From the NCBI GenBank assembly GCA_038087875.1, contig CM075998.1, forward strand, positions 2,356,001 through 2,420,000: a stretch of 64,000 bases of DNA, read 5' to 3'. The stretch comes from Malacoraja senta (Eukaryota). The position numbers and the translations under genes are program-made. The notes beneath the pieces are model-generated. The model made no database searches and was not told where the DNA came from. It saw only the letters and a program-made list of their open reading frames with translations. Below, in pieces: positions 1 to 14,850 of the stretch (positions are counted from its first letter, which is position 1; every line of letters starts with the position of its first letter).

Positions 1-2545
1 GAACTTTGGAAGGTGAGGGGAGGGTGGGGATAGGGTGAGAATGGGTGACTTGATCTCATAGTCAGAAGACTGACAATCTAACTGGAGGAACTGACTAGTT
101 TACTAATGCCTTTGTATGTGTGTGTCATCCAATTTGTGTCAGTCATGATAAATACACACACACACAATGTAACACTCCAATCTCCTGCCGTTGATGTCAA
201 GTACAAAGGAGATTGCCGTGCCTTTCCAGCAGAAATGGTTTTACGCTGTTCCTTCAAAGCAAAAAGCAAGAGGAACCTAGGTCTCTCAAATGGTCGTTGA
301 GAGAATCTGGTTGTTGATAATAACCAGGCAATGGTACTGTCCCTTGCAGCACAGGCAGTTTTAATATTGGACCTGTCAGATATTTGGGAAGGAGGCAAAC
401 TAGGCAAAACAAAAAAAACTGGGAGTGCAAAAACCATTGCCTTTTACGGACTACATCTTTGGACTAATGATTCCAATGGTACATTGCTTATTATACAGCT
501 GGAGAATTGCCACTGGTCACTGTTAATGAACAAAGAAAACTTTGTAGCACAAAGGGGTAATTGCACCAAATAGTGTACTCGAGTGGGCAGAATGAAGTAT
601 AATTTTATTTCCCATTCATAATATTTGCTCTTTGAGACACTTGAAGATTGAGAGGCCTGAATTAGCATTGAATGGCCTGTTAATCTGGTTCAGTGGTGAA
701 AGGCAACAATTTGGTTTTCAAGGCAGCTAAAGGATTGTGATAAGAGGTTAATGCCTGGAAATCGGGCATCAATATTCTTATTTCTGTAATTACTTGTGGA
801 ATTGTTTTTTTAAATATTTTTTAAATGCTCTGATCTGAAATATAATTTCTCAATCTTTGATTACCACCATCTTACACAAGGTTGTTAAAAGAACTTGGCT
901 GAGGCACGACCATATGTAGGTGGGGGAGAGAAAAACATCAGTTCTGGGATGGAGGGAAATAGAATCCATGCTCAAAAATTATTGAGGGAAGTGGTATAGA
1001 AAGAAGGAACTCCTCCTTCACCCTAGTCTCCAGTCATGGCTTTGCTCAACTACCGGTTAGGTTAGTTAGACTGAGTCAGATTAACTACCAGTCAGGCTGA
1101 GCCTTTCCATGAGCCATGCAAAACTGGGAAGAGCAGTATGTTTTCAGTCAAGTTACGCAATCATTACAATAAAATATTCTGTGCTTTGAGTATCGATGAA
1201 CCAAACATTAGCCTGAGTGACCACAAAATAAGTACCTGGAACATTCAGACAGCACTCTGTGGTATATCATGGGTAGGAAGAAGCTTAAATCCTTATCTTC
1301 AATTGCTTACTTTGATCTGTAAAATATGACAATAGATTTGGGCATTTTTTTGTAAGTTGAAGTTCATGTTTGAAAAATTGAATTTGCTCCTTCAGTTATT
1401 TGAGCAGTGTTTCTAAGTAACTCATTAAGAGAAACCATCGTGATATCATATTGTGCAATGGCTTCACTACCTTCAACTCCCCATCCCACCACCAAGCAAA
1501 TCATCCTTTATTGTTGCAACTCATACTAGGAGGAAGAATAGTGAGAGAAATTATTTGTTTTATCTGTATATAAATGCCGAGCCAAGATACTTGAACATAA
1601 TAATGTGTGATCAGTACTTTGATTAATTAACTCTGAAGAGTACAACAGATCACAAGGCATTGATCCAAGGACCTATCGTGGGTATTTGTAGAATTTTGTG
1701 AATTAGTTGCTATACTGTATTTTTTTTTTTTGTTGCCTTTTTCAAATGAAGCAGCAGTGAAGAGTTTATGAGCCAAATAATGTCAGACTCCTTTTGGTGT
1801 TACTTGATGCAGATTCCCTGAACAATTCAGTGATCAAATTTAGTACTGATCTATTCGTCTTTGATATCATTTTTATATGTGTGTATATATATTTATCCCT
1901 TTTTGTTAAGGCTTATGGGATATGATTTCCTCTGGTATACACACTAATGACCATTCTTTCTATGAAAAAGAGGGTTATTGTTTATGGACCAACAGCTTAT
2001 TCTTTTCTCGCATACTTTTACCAGCATGGTTGGAGGTGGGTGGGGAGCAGGAAGATGGGTGGCAGGAAGGGCTTGTCACAATGGAATAAGCACCGATAAA
2101 TCTGGCGTGTGTACTTCTCCACTTGCCAACCCAGGGCTCCTAGTGCTTTGGCTGAGATCAGCTTATTCAGATTTAGCTCTTGTGATCTTTATGACATTTG
2201 TGGTTTTATTCACCAAACTGTTTGAGGAGCAAACATCTTTTGTTAACCATTTCTTCTCCCATTCTCCTGAAAATGCTCACTGTTGGTTTGGCGACCAGGT
2301 TCACAGGAATTTGAAGTCCTCAGCACCTTGCTCAAACCTCTTTGTTTTTATGTCTGAGGACAGATATATGTACTGATGGGGCAGCGTATATGCAAGTCAT
2401 GTGGCCTAGAAAATCTTTTGCATAATGCAACATTTTTGTGCCCTGCACTGTATAAAAGTGTGCAAACCCAAAATGATACTGTGCAAGCCTCACTCACTGA
2501 AGCAGGTCTTAAATGGAGGGTGAAGGCATTCTTCAATTTTAAGCA

Positions 2546-2835
2546 GCACAGTGGCACAGCTGAAGAGCTGCTGCCTCACATCACCAGCGAGCCGGATTTG
2601 ATTCTGACTTCTGGTATTGCACATTCTCCCAGTAACTTGTGTGAGTTTCCCCTGGGTGCTCCGTTTTCCTCCCCAACCTCAAAGACGTGCGGGTTTGTAG
2701 GTTATTTGGCCTCTTCAAAATTGCCCCTCATGTGTAAGACGTGAATGCATTAGTGGGATAACATGGAACTAGTGTCAATGGTCGTCACGGACTTGGTGGG
2801 CGGAAGGGACTGCTACCATACTGTGTCTTTCAATC
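2546..2835 (+). mobile_element. tRNA-derived V-SINE (HE1-like)
   Basis: tRNA-like head, V-domain-like gggtgctccgttttcctccc, CR1-like tail. Confidence 0.7.
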
Positions 2836-2874
2836 AAACCAAGCATGGCCTTACCTAGCTGCCTCTAGATGGTC

Positions 2875-3410
2875 ATAGAATCATACATCTTTACTAGTCC
2901 CACCTACTTGCATTTGGCCCATATCCCTCTAAACCTATTCTATCCATGTACCAGTCTGAATGTTTCTTAAATGTTGTGATAGTACCTGCCTCAACTACCT
3001 CCCCCACAGCTCGTTCCATACCACTACCAACCTTTGTGTTTAAAAAAAAAATTTAAAATGTTTTTAAAAAAAAATCACCCCTCGGTTTCCTATTAAATCT
3101 CTCCCCCTTCAGCTTAAACCTATGTCCTCTGCTTCTTGATTCCCCTACTCTGGGCAAAAAACTGCATTTACCCAATCTATTCCTCTTATGATTTTGTACA
3201 TCTCTATAAGATCAACCATCATCCTCCAGCACTCCTAGGAATAAAAGTCCTTGCCTGCTAAACCTCTCCCTATTGCTCAGGCCCTTGAGTCCTGGCAACA
3301 TCCTCATAAATCTTCTCTGTACCCTTTCCAGCTTGACAACATCTTTCCTACAGCCTGGTGTAGGAAAACTGAACATAATACTCTAAACATGGCCTCACCA
3401 ATGTCTTATA
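2875..3410 (-). mobile_element. CR1 LINE 3' fragment
   Basis: Reverse-complement similarity to the CR1 3' segment at 29757-30260. Confidence 0.75.
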
Positions 3411-6400
3411 CATTGGAGTCTAAAATATCCACCCTCCAGATTGGTGCACTTTCTTCAGTGATTGCTGCCTTCCCACCAATCCCCTCCCCACTGCTGCAAA
3501 GACCCTTGGGGCCTGTGCTCAGTACAGCGACTCTGATCGAACCCTGCCTCTGAACATGCCCACCTTTAAGTTGTCCTAGCCTGCTCAACCTCTCCCACCA
3601 CCTGTCGTCCGACTTGCTTCCTGCGTCATGTCCACTCTGCATAATTGAGAGTTTGCAGTGGAAAGGCCTTTGTATGACTTTCCTAGTGAAAAGCCTATTC
3701 TACGATGTGTGATAGAATATCGCTGCCTGGGGAGCGCACACAAAACTCACACAGGTCTTTGCACAGTGCCACTTTAGGGCACATTTTCAGGGATGTTACT
3801 ACTGCTTGGAATCTGTATGTACACCAATCGACCCACTGATATTTCCTGGACTCTCACATGAAGAAAAGCTGAATGAAGGGCAACTGAATCTGTGCCCCAA
3901 GACTGGCTGTGCCTTCAGAGGTGGTTACAATGGAGAAGGGAAAACTATTTTATTTAATAAAAGAGTGACTTTGTTGCTGCTTGAGGACTGTAACAAGTTT
4001 CAGAGGGTTATTTCATGTAGAATTAACCCTGTGATTACTTCAAACCAATCGTCTCTTGAAGTACTCAAATTCTAATACCTACAGGACTGACATATTTTCA
4101 TTTTCTGGCACTACAGTGCTTAATATATTATGTTGACTGGAATGAAGAAAACCGTGGTAAAATAAAACTTTTAATTTTCTATTTTTTAAAGATTTATCAG
4201 GATTAATGTGATTATGTTTTACACAGTATGAGTTTGTGACCGAAGACTTGCTGAGTATTAAATACAAAGATGATTGTAGTGTAAAATAGGGGAGACGAGT
4301 ATATGTCGCTTCTTGTTTAGTTTCTTAATTGCTATTGTACTTAGTGCTGTTTTTACGGAATCTCGGGGAACTGGTTGGAAGCTGTACAGCCCCTTGTGTA
4401 AAATTAAAATAAATATTTGTGTAAAAAAAAAATCTGCACTCATCTTGTGAGATTGAGCTCAAAGTTTTGATCAACAAGAAAACCATAATGTTTTTACTTT
4501 TGCTTGTCTTCTCTTAACTGTTAAGAGTAAGGATGTTTTTGCACAGCAGGAACATCATCACAACACAGATTAAGCTTCCCCTTTAACCCTTGTGTTGAAG
4601 AAGTGATCAAATCGATGTGTTCTCGGTAAAGGGATTAGTGAGGGTACATGCCTAGACACTATATTTCCTCTGGTGGAGGATTTAGAACTGGAGCTTTCAG
4701 GGGTGAATTGGAAAATAATTCTTCACATAAAGGTCAGTGAAAAGTCCCACAAAAGGCTGCGTGGGGGGTGGTGCCGAGGGATCTTTGACATTTCCAACAC
4801 CTGAGATTTGATTTTTGTTGTTGTCGTTTGATAAGAATATCCAGGAACATGAATTAAAGGTAGGTAAATAGAACTGAGCTACAAACCATGACCTAATTGA
4901 ATATCAGAATCATCTCCGCAGTCTGAATAGCTAACTATTTATGATTGTATTGAAACCCTAATTGTTTGAATCAGGTTAAGAGTAACAATATTGCTGATTA
5001 GATACTGCTATTCTCTTTGTCTCAGTGGAAGTTATTCATGTATTAACAGTATGTTAATGTTTAATGAATATGGTTGGAATTGCTTTCTCCATCTTCGTTT
5101 AAAATGAATTAACGCTTCCGATTAAATAAAGGAAGGAAATTGGAGGGGATGCTATTAATTTCCTATTTCATCATTTTACCCTTTTCCTGGTCCTTTCTCT
5201 ATGACCAATGGCAGGGATTTACTTACCTGGAAGATTTTTTTTTAAATCATTGGAGGCTTTTCGTATTTCTTAGTTTGTTGTCTTCTGTCTCTCTGTAACC
5301 TCTGGTGATAAACAGCTCTTGTGAAATTGGAAAAATTCCATTAAGGAAGCTGAATTTTCTGCCATCATATCCGAATATGTCAGGTTGTAATTAGAAATAG
5401 AAAAAGGATAGCTATAAATTAACCTGTTTAAATTAATCTGTTTCATTTCTACATAACAACAGAATGACTGATATTTCTATATCTAACATTTGAAAATATC
5501 TGCAAATTGTATAGTTTTAATAGAGTCCATGGACAGAGATATTTCAGGCAGAACAGGCAAATCTGTCTGCACAGTGCGAGGGATGTAGAAAATACAACAA
5601 AGTATTAAAGAGACACCACCTCTTTTGTTCTGGTGTATGACATTCAGAACAGGCTGTTCTGTATTGTGCTAAAACAGGGTTGCACAAGGCTGTCAATGGG
5701 AGAGGGCTGGTTCATGATGCAATATGCACAGGAAACCTACTTTGGCCAGCAAAGCCTTAGGAAATGAGGCAACTTATTTGTTTTGATGTTCCTCAAATAC
5801 CTTCCATGAGTTTTTCCTCCTTTGCGAGGATTTGGTTCCAGCAGATTTGGTCTTCTGCTGCCCTCTCTCAAATAGTCATTCTTTATTTGCAAGCCTTGAC
5901 AATGACCCTGAGCAGAGTGCTCCAGTAGCCTGTTATAAATCATTATGCATTCTTGTTACAGAGTGAGGTAGAGAGCTGAGGATTGTTCTGAGCACAATTT
6001 CTCACAACCAGTATTGCACTGAAGAGTCGAACTCGAGCTGATCCTGAGCCCATAATCTCTTGGCGTGTGGGTCAGAGTGATACCAGCTAAGTCAGCCTGA
6101 CACCGACTTTACATGATAATGGAGGTCCAAAGAAGGGTCTCAACCCAAAACGTTGCCTGTCCATTCCCTCCCCAGATGCTGTGTGACAAGCTGAGTTCAC
6201 CCAGCTCTTTGTGTTTTGCTCATGATAGTGAAGGGGTTGAGGAACTTGCATGTGCCATAGGTATACGAGGCCAGCGGTAAAGTCATCTCTCCCATTACTA
6301 GTACAGACCCTACCACTATTCCCTTGCCTTTCAGACTTTACAATCCTCTCCTGCCTAAAATGACTCAATCCTGGGACCTTTACATCATTACTTCCAAACC

Positions 6401-7444
6401 CCCCCCCCCCCCTCCAATGCTATCAGATCCCTTTCCAGTGGAATAGAGGCTCAGTATCAAATCCCACTGCTTAATACACTAGATCCCCATCCTATCGTGC
6501 TATTATACTGCAGAAACATACCACCGCAAAGCCCCTGGAAATATATTCCATCAGTTATACTAATCAAGATTGTTAGGTTCTTGATTAGTAAGGGTGTCAA
6601 AGGGAAGAAGGCAGGAGAATGGGGTTGAGAGCAAAAAATAGATCAGCCAAACCCAAACATGACCCAATTTAGAAACATTTAATACAAATGTAAATCAATA
6701 TACAATAATCAAGGCCACTCATATTTCTTACTTGGAAAAATGGACAGAATCTTGGAATTTGATCCTGAAATTCTAGAAAACCATGTGATTGATACACTTG
6801 GACTTATTCAGTAACAAGCCCTGATAACATATTGTGTATCGTGATGAGCTTTCTTTATACTCCCTTCAATTCACCAAAAGCAACAAAGAATGAGATTCCA
6901 TGAAGTAATATTTTGTAAATAGAAAATCTCATATACTGTTTCATAACAATTACCAAACCTTGCTTTTTTTTATTGCAGTTTATCGTGAAAGTTTAGACTG
7001 ATATGCAAATCAAATCTCGCTCAACAGAAATTAATTTCCACTGATTGGATAATATTGAAATAAATGGAATCAAATTTATGCCTCCTAATCCAAATTATGT
7101 AACAAAGAGAAGGTCAATCATTAAAGTCCGTTTTTTGAAAATTGTAAAAATGTTAATGAAAACGTGTACATTTCAGAAAGTTTAAAAAAAAACCATACAG
7201 CTTCTGTTTAGTTAGATCTCTTTGGTACAGTTTGCAAGAAAAAAAAACTATCACTTTACCTACCTCGCTAATCATTACCTTGCTTAAAATAACTCGGCTC
7301 ATGCCAGCTGCTCATACTGCCTGCTATATACTGTTCTCTTAATGCCCATTCCTTCCAACTGCACATCTCCACTTTGTAATGCAAATCTCTCTAGTTGTTT
7401 GATTTAACTGTGCCACAACTTGTGGGGGATCTTCTAGAAACATA

Positions 7445-7832
7445 GGGGGATCTTATAGAAACATATAAAATTATAAAAGGACTGGACAAGCTAGATGCAG
7501 GAAAAATGTTCCCAAAGTTGGGTGAGTCCAGAACCAGGGACCACACAGTCTTAGAATTAAGGTGGAGGCCATTTAAGAGTGAGGTGAGAAAAAACGTTTT
7601 CATCCAGAGTTGTGAATTTGTGGAATTCCCTGCCACAGAGGGCAGTGGAGGCCAAATCACTGGATGGATTTAAGAGAGAGTTAGATAGAGCTCTAGGGGC
7701 TAGTGGAATCAAGGGATATGGGGAGAAGGCAGGCACGGGTTATTGATTGGGGACGATCAGCCATGATCACAATGAATGGCGGTGCTGGCTCAAAGGGCCG
7801 AATGGCCTCCTCCTGCACCTATTTTCTATGTA
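7445..7832 (+). mobile_element. CR1 (HER1-like) 3' fragment
   Basis: GDLIETYKIIKGLDKLDAG...GYGEKAGTGY plus 3'UTR; nearly identical to 40221-40501. Confidence 0.88.
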
Positions 7833-9136
7833 ACTTGAATTCTATCTGGCCCAAGGGGTCCTAATTATCAAAATATTCTCAGCCCCAAACTACACAGTGG
7901 TTTTCCCCAACCTTTTATTGATGAGTCCTCAACCTGCTCCTACATACAGGTGATCCCCATGTTATGAGGGGTTGCATTGCTAGGAAATGGTCTGCACCGT
8001 GCTTTTCTGTAATGTGAAGCCGCATCATCTGTCCACTGGTCAAAATACGCGAGTTGAAAAAAACTTGTGTTCATTTAATTTTTTTCACATGATTTCCATG
8101 TAAGCAAATTTTATTCCTTGTCTCAAATTTCGGGGTAGTGATTTGTGAATTCTGTCTGTGTGAACTAGGATGGCCATACTGGGGAGGTGGGTCACCTGTA
8201 TTTCTTTGCAACTATTTATTTGTATTCTTACCCCATTACAAACTCCTTGCACAAATTCACCATCCCTTTGAAAAGTTTTGCTCAGTTACCATGAACAGAT
8301 CAATGAATATTGACTTCTTCATAAAAAGCCTTGAAAATCTCCAGTAGATGTAGTTACTTTACAAGTTGCCAGTCCCATGGGAATTGACTTCAAGTTCAAC
8401 TTGTAGGAACCGTTGCTAAGTATTAAACCAGAGCAGAGCATCTTTTGTGGTGAAATAGTGTTGGTTATAGGATCATTGATTGTTGTTATTCTGAGCATCG
8501 TTGGGGAAAAAATATATAGGGAATGGCCAACCTGTTAGTTTGACATCACTAATTGGGGAAAATGCTGGAATCTGTAAAAGGATGCAATATCAGCCTGGTA
8601 AATTTATAAGACTTTTCCTTAGATTTAATAATGTTTTTGCTATCTCTTGTAATCCATGATTAATTCATTTTCCCATTGTGTCTTTATTGCCTTGAAAGAA
8701 TGTATTTTTGTTACAAATCACATATTATTTCTTTAACTGCTAATGATTGCTTTGTCCAACATTACTGAAGTCTGAAGAAAGGTCACGACTCGAAACGTCA
8801 CCCATTCCTTTTCTCCAGAGATGCTGCTTGTCCCGTTGAGTTACTCCAGCATTTGTGTCTACCTTGTTAATTAAACCTTTCTTTCTGTACTGTTAGGTCT
8901 AAAATTGTTTGTTCCTCAACAGACCAGTTCAGAAATTCACCTGAATTTATATTCCAGGAATTCATCCTCTAAATGTTTTCAGACTAGTAATGGATCAAAA
9001 ATGCCATGATACGTGTAGTTAAACACACATCTCTGATATGCTCATTTATAGTGCACCCTTCATCACGACTTTCATTCAGATGCCTATGAACAACTCCCAC
9101 CAATGTTTCCTGCCCCCTGCTGTTTTTTGGCAAAAC

Positions 9137-9370
9137 TTAAATTATTTCTAATTCTATGTCACCATCTGCCAAGCCAGCATAATTTCTGAGCATTTCTGAG
9201 TACGTACTGTACTGGTGCCATCTCATGCCTCCTTTTTCCTTATGCCTGTCCTTCTCAAATGTCATATACCATGAAATATTTAGTTTCCAAGTCTGGCCAT
9301 CTTGCAGCCATGTTTCCATGATGGTAATTAGATAATTTCTATTTAGGGCTATTTGTGTTGTTAATCCACT
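9137..9370 (-). mobile_element. degraded CR1 endonuclease-domain fragment
   Basis: ITIMETWL...LNISWY...DRHKEKGG resembles APE endonuclease motifs. Confidence 0.6.
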
Positions 9371-9380
9371 CACCTTGCAG

Positions 9381-9580
9381 NNNNNNNNNNNNNNNNNNNN
9401 NNNNNNNNNNNNNNNNNNNNNNNNNNNNNNNNNNNNNNNNNNNNNNNNNNNNNNNNNNNNNNNNNNNNNNNNNNNNNNNNNNNNNNNNNNNNNNNNNNNN
9501 NNNNNNNNNNNNNNNNNNNNNNNNNNNNNNNNNNNNNNNNNNNNNNNNNNNNNNNNNNNNNNNNNNNNNNNNNNNNNNNN
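9381..9580. other. assembly gap (200 N)
   Basis: N run. Confidence 1.
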
Positions 9581-9889
9581 CTTCGTGCTTCTAAGACAAA
9601 GACGCAGATAGGGGCAAATTCTTAAAAACGATGATTGAAGTAAATACTTCCACCCGAAATGTCGAGTGTATTGTCATATATGCACAAGTACGTGAGTTAC
9701 AGGTGCAATGACAAACTTGCTTGCAACAGCATCAAAGGCAAGTAGACTCGGACAACACACAGGACTTAAATTATACATAAATTAAACAATACAGTGAAAA
9801 GAAAAAGACAGCAAAGCAAGATGCAAACTTCCAAAAAACAAATATAAGTAAGTCCGTGGTGGTGTAGTGTTCTGTTGCTGAAGTTGGAT

Positions 9890-10060
9890 TAAGGCTGTGC
9901 AGGTCAGTTCAAGAACCTGATCTTTATAGAAAAATAGCTGTTCCTCAACCTGGTGGTGTGGGACTTCAGGCTTCTGTACCTCCTGCCCGATGTTGGTAGC
10001 GAGAAGGCAGCAATTGCCCGGATGATGGGGATCTTTGATGGGTGTCATCTTCTTGATGCT
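9890..10060 (-). mobile_element. Rex1/Babar-type LINE 3' remnant
   Basis: IKDPHHPG... and RYRSLKSHTTRLRNSYF-type C-terminal peptides. Confidence 0.6.
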
Positions 10061-13000
10061 TTTGATTGTGGGGTGGGCTATGCCCACTATCCACTACTTT
10101 CTGCAGCCTCTTTTCTATTTTCTTTGCTGCTGGATGCATTTGACTTCTTGTTGGGCCATAGCTTCACTTTTCCATGTGAGTCTTGATCAGGCGTGACCAT
10201 ATAGCTATCGTGTTTGCCTCCAATTAGTGTTGCCTCCAATTAGTGTTTGCCAATTGCTTGTTAGTAGCCTTACATCGTATGAGGCTAGGGCTAATTGAGA
10301 CCCTCTTATCACTGTGATCGTGAACTGCACAGGCGCCCAGTGAACCTTTTGTGGTAGAATAGTTTATTCTATGTTGAGGGAGGGGAAAGTGAATTTTTGT
10401 TATACCTCTTTTAATTATTCTATTTTAAAACAAAATGTTGATATACACTTGTGCGCTTTCATTGTGCTATGAAAAATTTATATTGGAAATATTGGCCCAA
10501 CTAATTTTAAATTACAAATAAAAGTGCAGATGTTGGAAATCTTAAATAAAACAGAGAATGGTGAAAACACTCAGCAGGTTAAAACGGTATCTTTGACCTG
10601 AGATGAAACCCCTTTTTCTCTTTCCACCGATGCTGCCTGACCTGCTCTGTGCTTTCTGTTTTCATTTTAGTTTTAAATTATGCAGTGTCCTGGAAGTTTA
10701 GTGATGGAACGTGTGCAGAACCCTGGGAATCATGACCGTAGTCAGAGGTTTTGACGAGGTTCCCTACTTAGTTGAAGTTGAACGTGGAAGGACAGACGTT
10801 TGCTGCATAAAAATCATAAAATTGTTAACTTGCCATATTGCCCACTATCAATTATTGCAAAATTCACTTATCAGAATTCATTGTTTAATTATTAACTTTA
10901 TTACCTGCTGCCAATAAATACCTTTCATGCAAAAGTAACGCTTTCTGTATAAAACTGAACAAAGAGACCAATTGCACTCAAGTCGTGTCTCATGTTGTCA
11001 GACGGGCTTTTTATATATGTTTGTTTCTCGGCTCGGTTTCAAGTTTGAGGTTTGCTGCAAATCTGTAACAGTTCAGTAGGTCTAATAACTTAACTAGACA
11101 GGATGGCGGGACCATATAAAACTATTGGAGCCTCTAGGTTAGTGATTTTAGTGTCATGTGATTTTTGCATTTTATTCGTTAGGGGTCGTGATTTATCCTT
11201 GTTTTTAAAGCATTTGTCTTTGGGTGCAAATTGTTGAAGTTATTGCAATCCGTACATTCTGACAGCCTGATTTCCTTGAATTCCGTTAGTGTGTTCATAA
11301 TTAATTTGACAACATAATCACAATGGTGATCTGGGATAAGTGAAGCAAATTTAGCCATAAGCAGTAAGTTGGTTTATGGTCATGGTTTGAACTGAATTAA
11401 GGAGTGCCCTTGTAAGAGTTTCTTCATAGGCAATGTTTGTTTGGGTTTTGTACCCAGTTTTCGTATAATAGCCTTGCTAGAAAAATTGACACGTCTGCAG
11501 TTCTCAGTATGAATTAGAAGAAAACTGTTCAGGGGTCTTCTGATTGCAATCCCTTAATGAATGCAGGAAGCACCTATGCATGGTTATTAAGGAGTGGATT
11601 GGCTTCAGTTGTAAATGGCTGTCCTTTCCTCCCTTTATTCACCATCTCAGCTTTCAGGTTGGAGGGAGGGGTGCTGATTGACAAGTTGGCTGTTATCAGA
11701 GGTTGTATCTGCATCTGGCTACTAAATTAGCCTCCCTGAGGACGTGTAGAGAAAACGGACTTTCTGGTTAAAAGCTACTGTAGACAGCCCCATGATAGCT
11801 AAGATGGTACGAGGTGTAATATTAGATTGAGTGCAAGCTGCAATTTTGGACATATGGATTTTGTTTTAAATGTCCCATAGGCCTATTCTGAAGAAGAGCT
11901 AGGAGTTAGACACAAATGCTGCGATAAATCAGCGGGACAGGCAGCATCTCTGGAGAGAAGGAATGGGTGACATTTCGGGATGAGACCCTTCTTCAGACTG
12001 AATAACTCCAACATTTTGTGTCTATCTTCGATTTAAACCAGCATCTGCAGTTCTTGCCTATACAAGAGCTAGGAGTGGTTCTTGGTGTCCTATCTTGCAA
12101 AAAAAGATTGTTTGGTCATTTCTCGCTGTGCCCAAGATTTTGACTGTTTTCTAATTACAACAGCAACAGTACTTCATTGGCTGTAAAGTGACTCAGGATG
12201 TCCTGGTGTTGTGAAAGATACCATATAAACTGAAGTCTTTGTTCCTTTTGAAAACAATCTGTAATTGAAGCATACAGATCAAGGCTCCAGCCGGCAGTTA
12301 AGTGATCTTTGCTATGTCAATAGAAGAAAGCAGCAAACTTCCTTTTTGTCACATTTATTTCCTGCATGAAATCTTCATAATCAAATGACAGTTAAGGACA
12401 AGTTTGACCTTGCATATGTATACCCTTTTCCTGGAACCTCTCCAGCGCCCTAACCACTCTTCCCCCCCCCCCCCCCCCCCCCCCCCCAGTCTCATTATTG
12501 TATGAAGAGTTATCACTTGGACAAAGTATTCGAGGGCTGCCAAAATTTGGAATCCACGCCGTATATCAGGAAGAGAGACACAGGGAAATCGGCAAAATAT
12601 GGCTACCGTATTCAGTAATAGAGCAGTTGTTCAGTGGTAACTAATCATTACTTTCTGCAGATTTATACGTGTGTTCTGGTTAATACATCATTTAATAAAA
12701 ATCTTTAAACTAAAATTGCTCAACATCCTCCCTCTTGCGTAACAATAATGCCCCCATCTCATCTATCTTGCATAGCTGACTACAAATAATTAAGTTGGAA
12801 TTGTTTCAAGGTGCTATGGAGTTTAATCACAATACAAGTGTAACAAATCAATGGTAAATGCTGGTGTTCAGGTGATCTTATGCTATTTTTAAGTATAGTT
12901 ATTTAGGTACAAGCAAAGATTAGAATGGAAGCTTTGAATGGGAAGGTTGTGGATTTCCTACTCCATTGACTTCACGCAAATCTACTTCTGCCTTCAACAG

Positions 13001-14611
13001 GTGGCGCCTGCGATGTAGGAAGTGATCCACATTTTTCCAGTGTCTTGTTAAACTTTATTGTGGGATTGCATGTTGAGCAGCAGAGGCAGATTGGCAGAAG
13101 ATCTGTCTCGAGAGCGAGGTGAACAACAGCAAAGAAGAAATTACAGGGCACCTCAGATTAACTGTAATTGTGACCATTTTTTAAGAAAGAAGACAAATCC
13201 AATTGAACTTCAATATGCTTTCAATATGTCAGCACAGTCCTTGGACCATTGTAGGTCAAGACCTTGTATCTGTCACAAAATTAATTGTTTAGAGTTTAGT
13301 TTAGAAATAGTGTGGAAACAGGCCCTTCAGCCCGCCGAGTCCATGCCAACCAACATATACCTGTATGTTAGTTCCATGTTATCCCACTTTTTGTATCCTA
13401 CACATTAAGGGCATTTTACAGAGGCCAATTGCTGTACTGGACAGCACTATTATCTGCACTCTTGTATGATCTGAGACCTGAACTACCTACAACAGTCACC
13501 CTGAGGTACTGGGAAGTTGCCACCAGTTGCGTCTCAGGAAAATTCTCAATTCACTGAAATGATAAAACCAATATCACTGTTCTCTCCAATATTCACTGGA
13601 TGCAGGGAGCCCAGGATCCTTTGTCAACATTAGTACTAAATGCTTATGGGCAACAACAGAAAACAGCTATTTTGGGGCTGTACATTTCTTAAATAACCTT
13701 TGTTCCATTCTCTTTTGGCTAATAATGTCTGCTGCCTGCAAGAATGAATTTGACTTTGGAGATGTGGTGTGAAACTGTGTCAAGGGGATAGTATTGCATT
13801 GATTTGGCTTTGTTTGGTTGAAGCAGGATAGCAGCTGGCGTGAAGCCAGCATTTAAACTTTAATTTTACCTTGAAGGCTGCAAGGCTACTGTTACACTTG
13901 CATTGTTAAATGCAAATTGCAAAGTGTTCTGTAACTGAGGAAAGGTTGCTGCTATTGTTATGTTTAGTATAATTTGCTGTTGCAGAAATACATTTTTGAA
14001 ATGGTCTTGCTATTAACTGTGGACTCTGCTGGATTGGCCTTCGTGTACTGCTCTAGATTTTAGCTAAACGTTAAATAGTAATTAGCTCTAAAGCCATTAA
14101 CTAGAGGAGGGGCTTGGTAAACATCCCCATTTTCAGTGATGGCAGACCCCAAGCAGGCAAAGACTAGGCTGAAGTGTTTGTAATATTTGGGCAGAATGCC
14201 AAGTTCACAATCTGTTTGGACTTCCTAAATGTCAATCTTTGGCCAGTTTGATTCACTATATTGCAGTAGGCGCAACTATTCCTGTGGGTCCAGTGAGGTG
14301 CTGCATACTCGTACTCCACTGCTAGTCCTGTTCCGAGTCATGCTGCACCAGTACAGAACAGTGAAAAGAACCAGACTAAGGAAAATTAACCTGCTACGTC
14401 TGGAATAATAAAAACAGGACAAATCTAATCTCTATTGTTCGCTTGACTTACCTGCTCACTGAAGCCTTTTATGGATTGAGCTATGGATTAGCCCTGCATT
14501 TAATTAAAGAGTTAAATGAATTAGAAGGTTTAGTTTGACTTTAAATTGGGCGGCTTTGTTTTGATCTGTGCATACGCCCCAGCCTGCCTCCTTTGTTTCT
14601 TCAGTTGCAAC

Positions 14612-14850
14612 CCTCTTTAGCCAGAGTGTGGTGAATCTGGAATTCATTGCCACAGACAGCTGTGAAAGAAAGCCAAGTCAATGGATATTTTTAAGGTGGA
14701 GATTGACAGATTCTTAATTGGTAAAGGTGTCAGGGGTTATGGGGAGAAGGCAAGAGACTGGGGTTGAGAGGGAAAGATAGATCAGCCATGATTGAATGAC
14801 GGAGTGGACTTGATGGGCCGAATGGCCTAATTCCTGCTCCTTGAATCTAT
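14612..14850 (+). mobile_element. CR1 3' fragment
   Basis: cagagtgtggtgaatctggaattc...ggggagaaggca...gggccgaatggcct tail. Confidence 0.75.

Noticed and set aside
2145-2165. ctttggctgagatca similarity to the U2 snRNA 5' region
   Set aside because: About 15 nt only, with no flanking U2 sequence.
13058-13408. ORF containing LAEDL and EQQQ, reminiscent of EBP1 exon 1
   Set aside because: The motifs are in the wrong order, VVTKYKMGG is absent and there is no suitable donor; the 3' half is a SINE.
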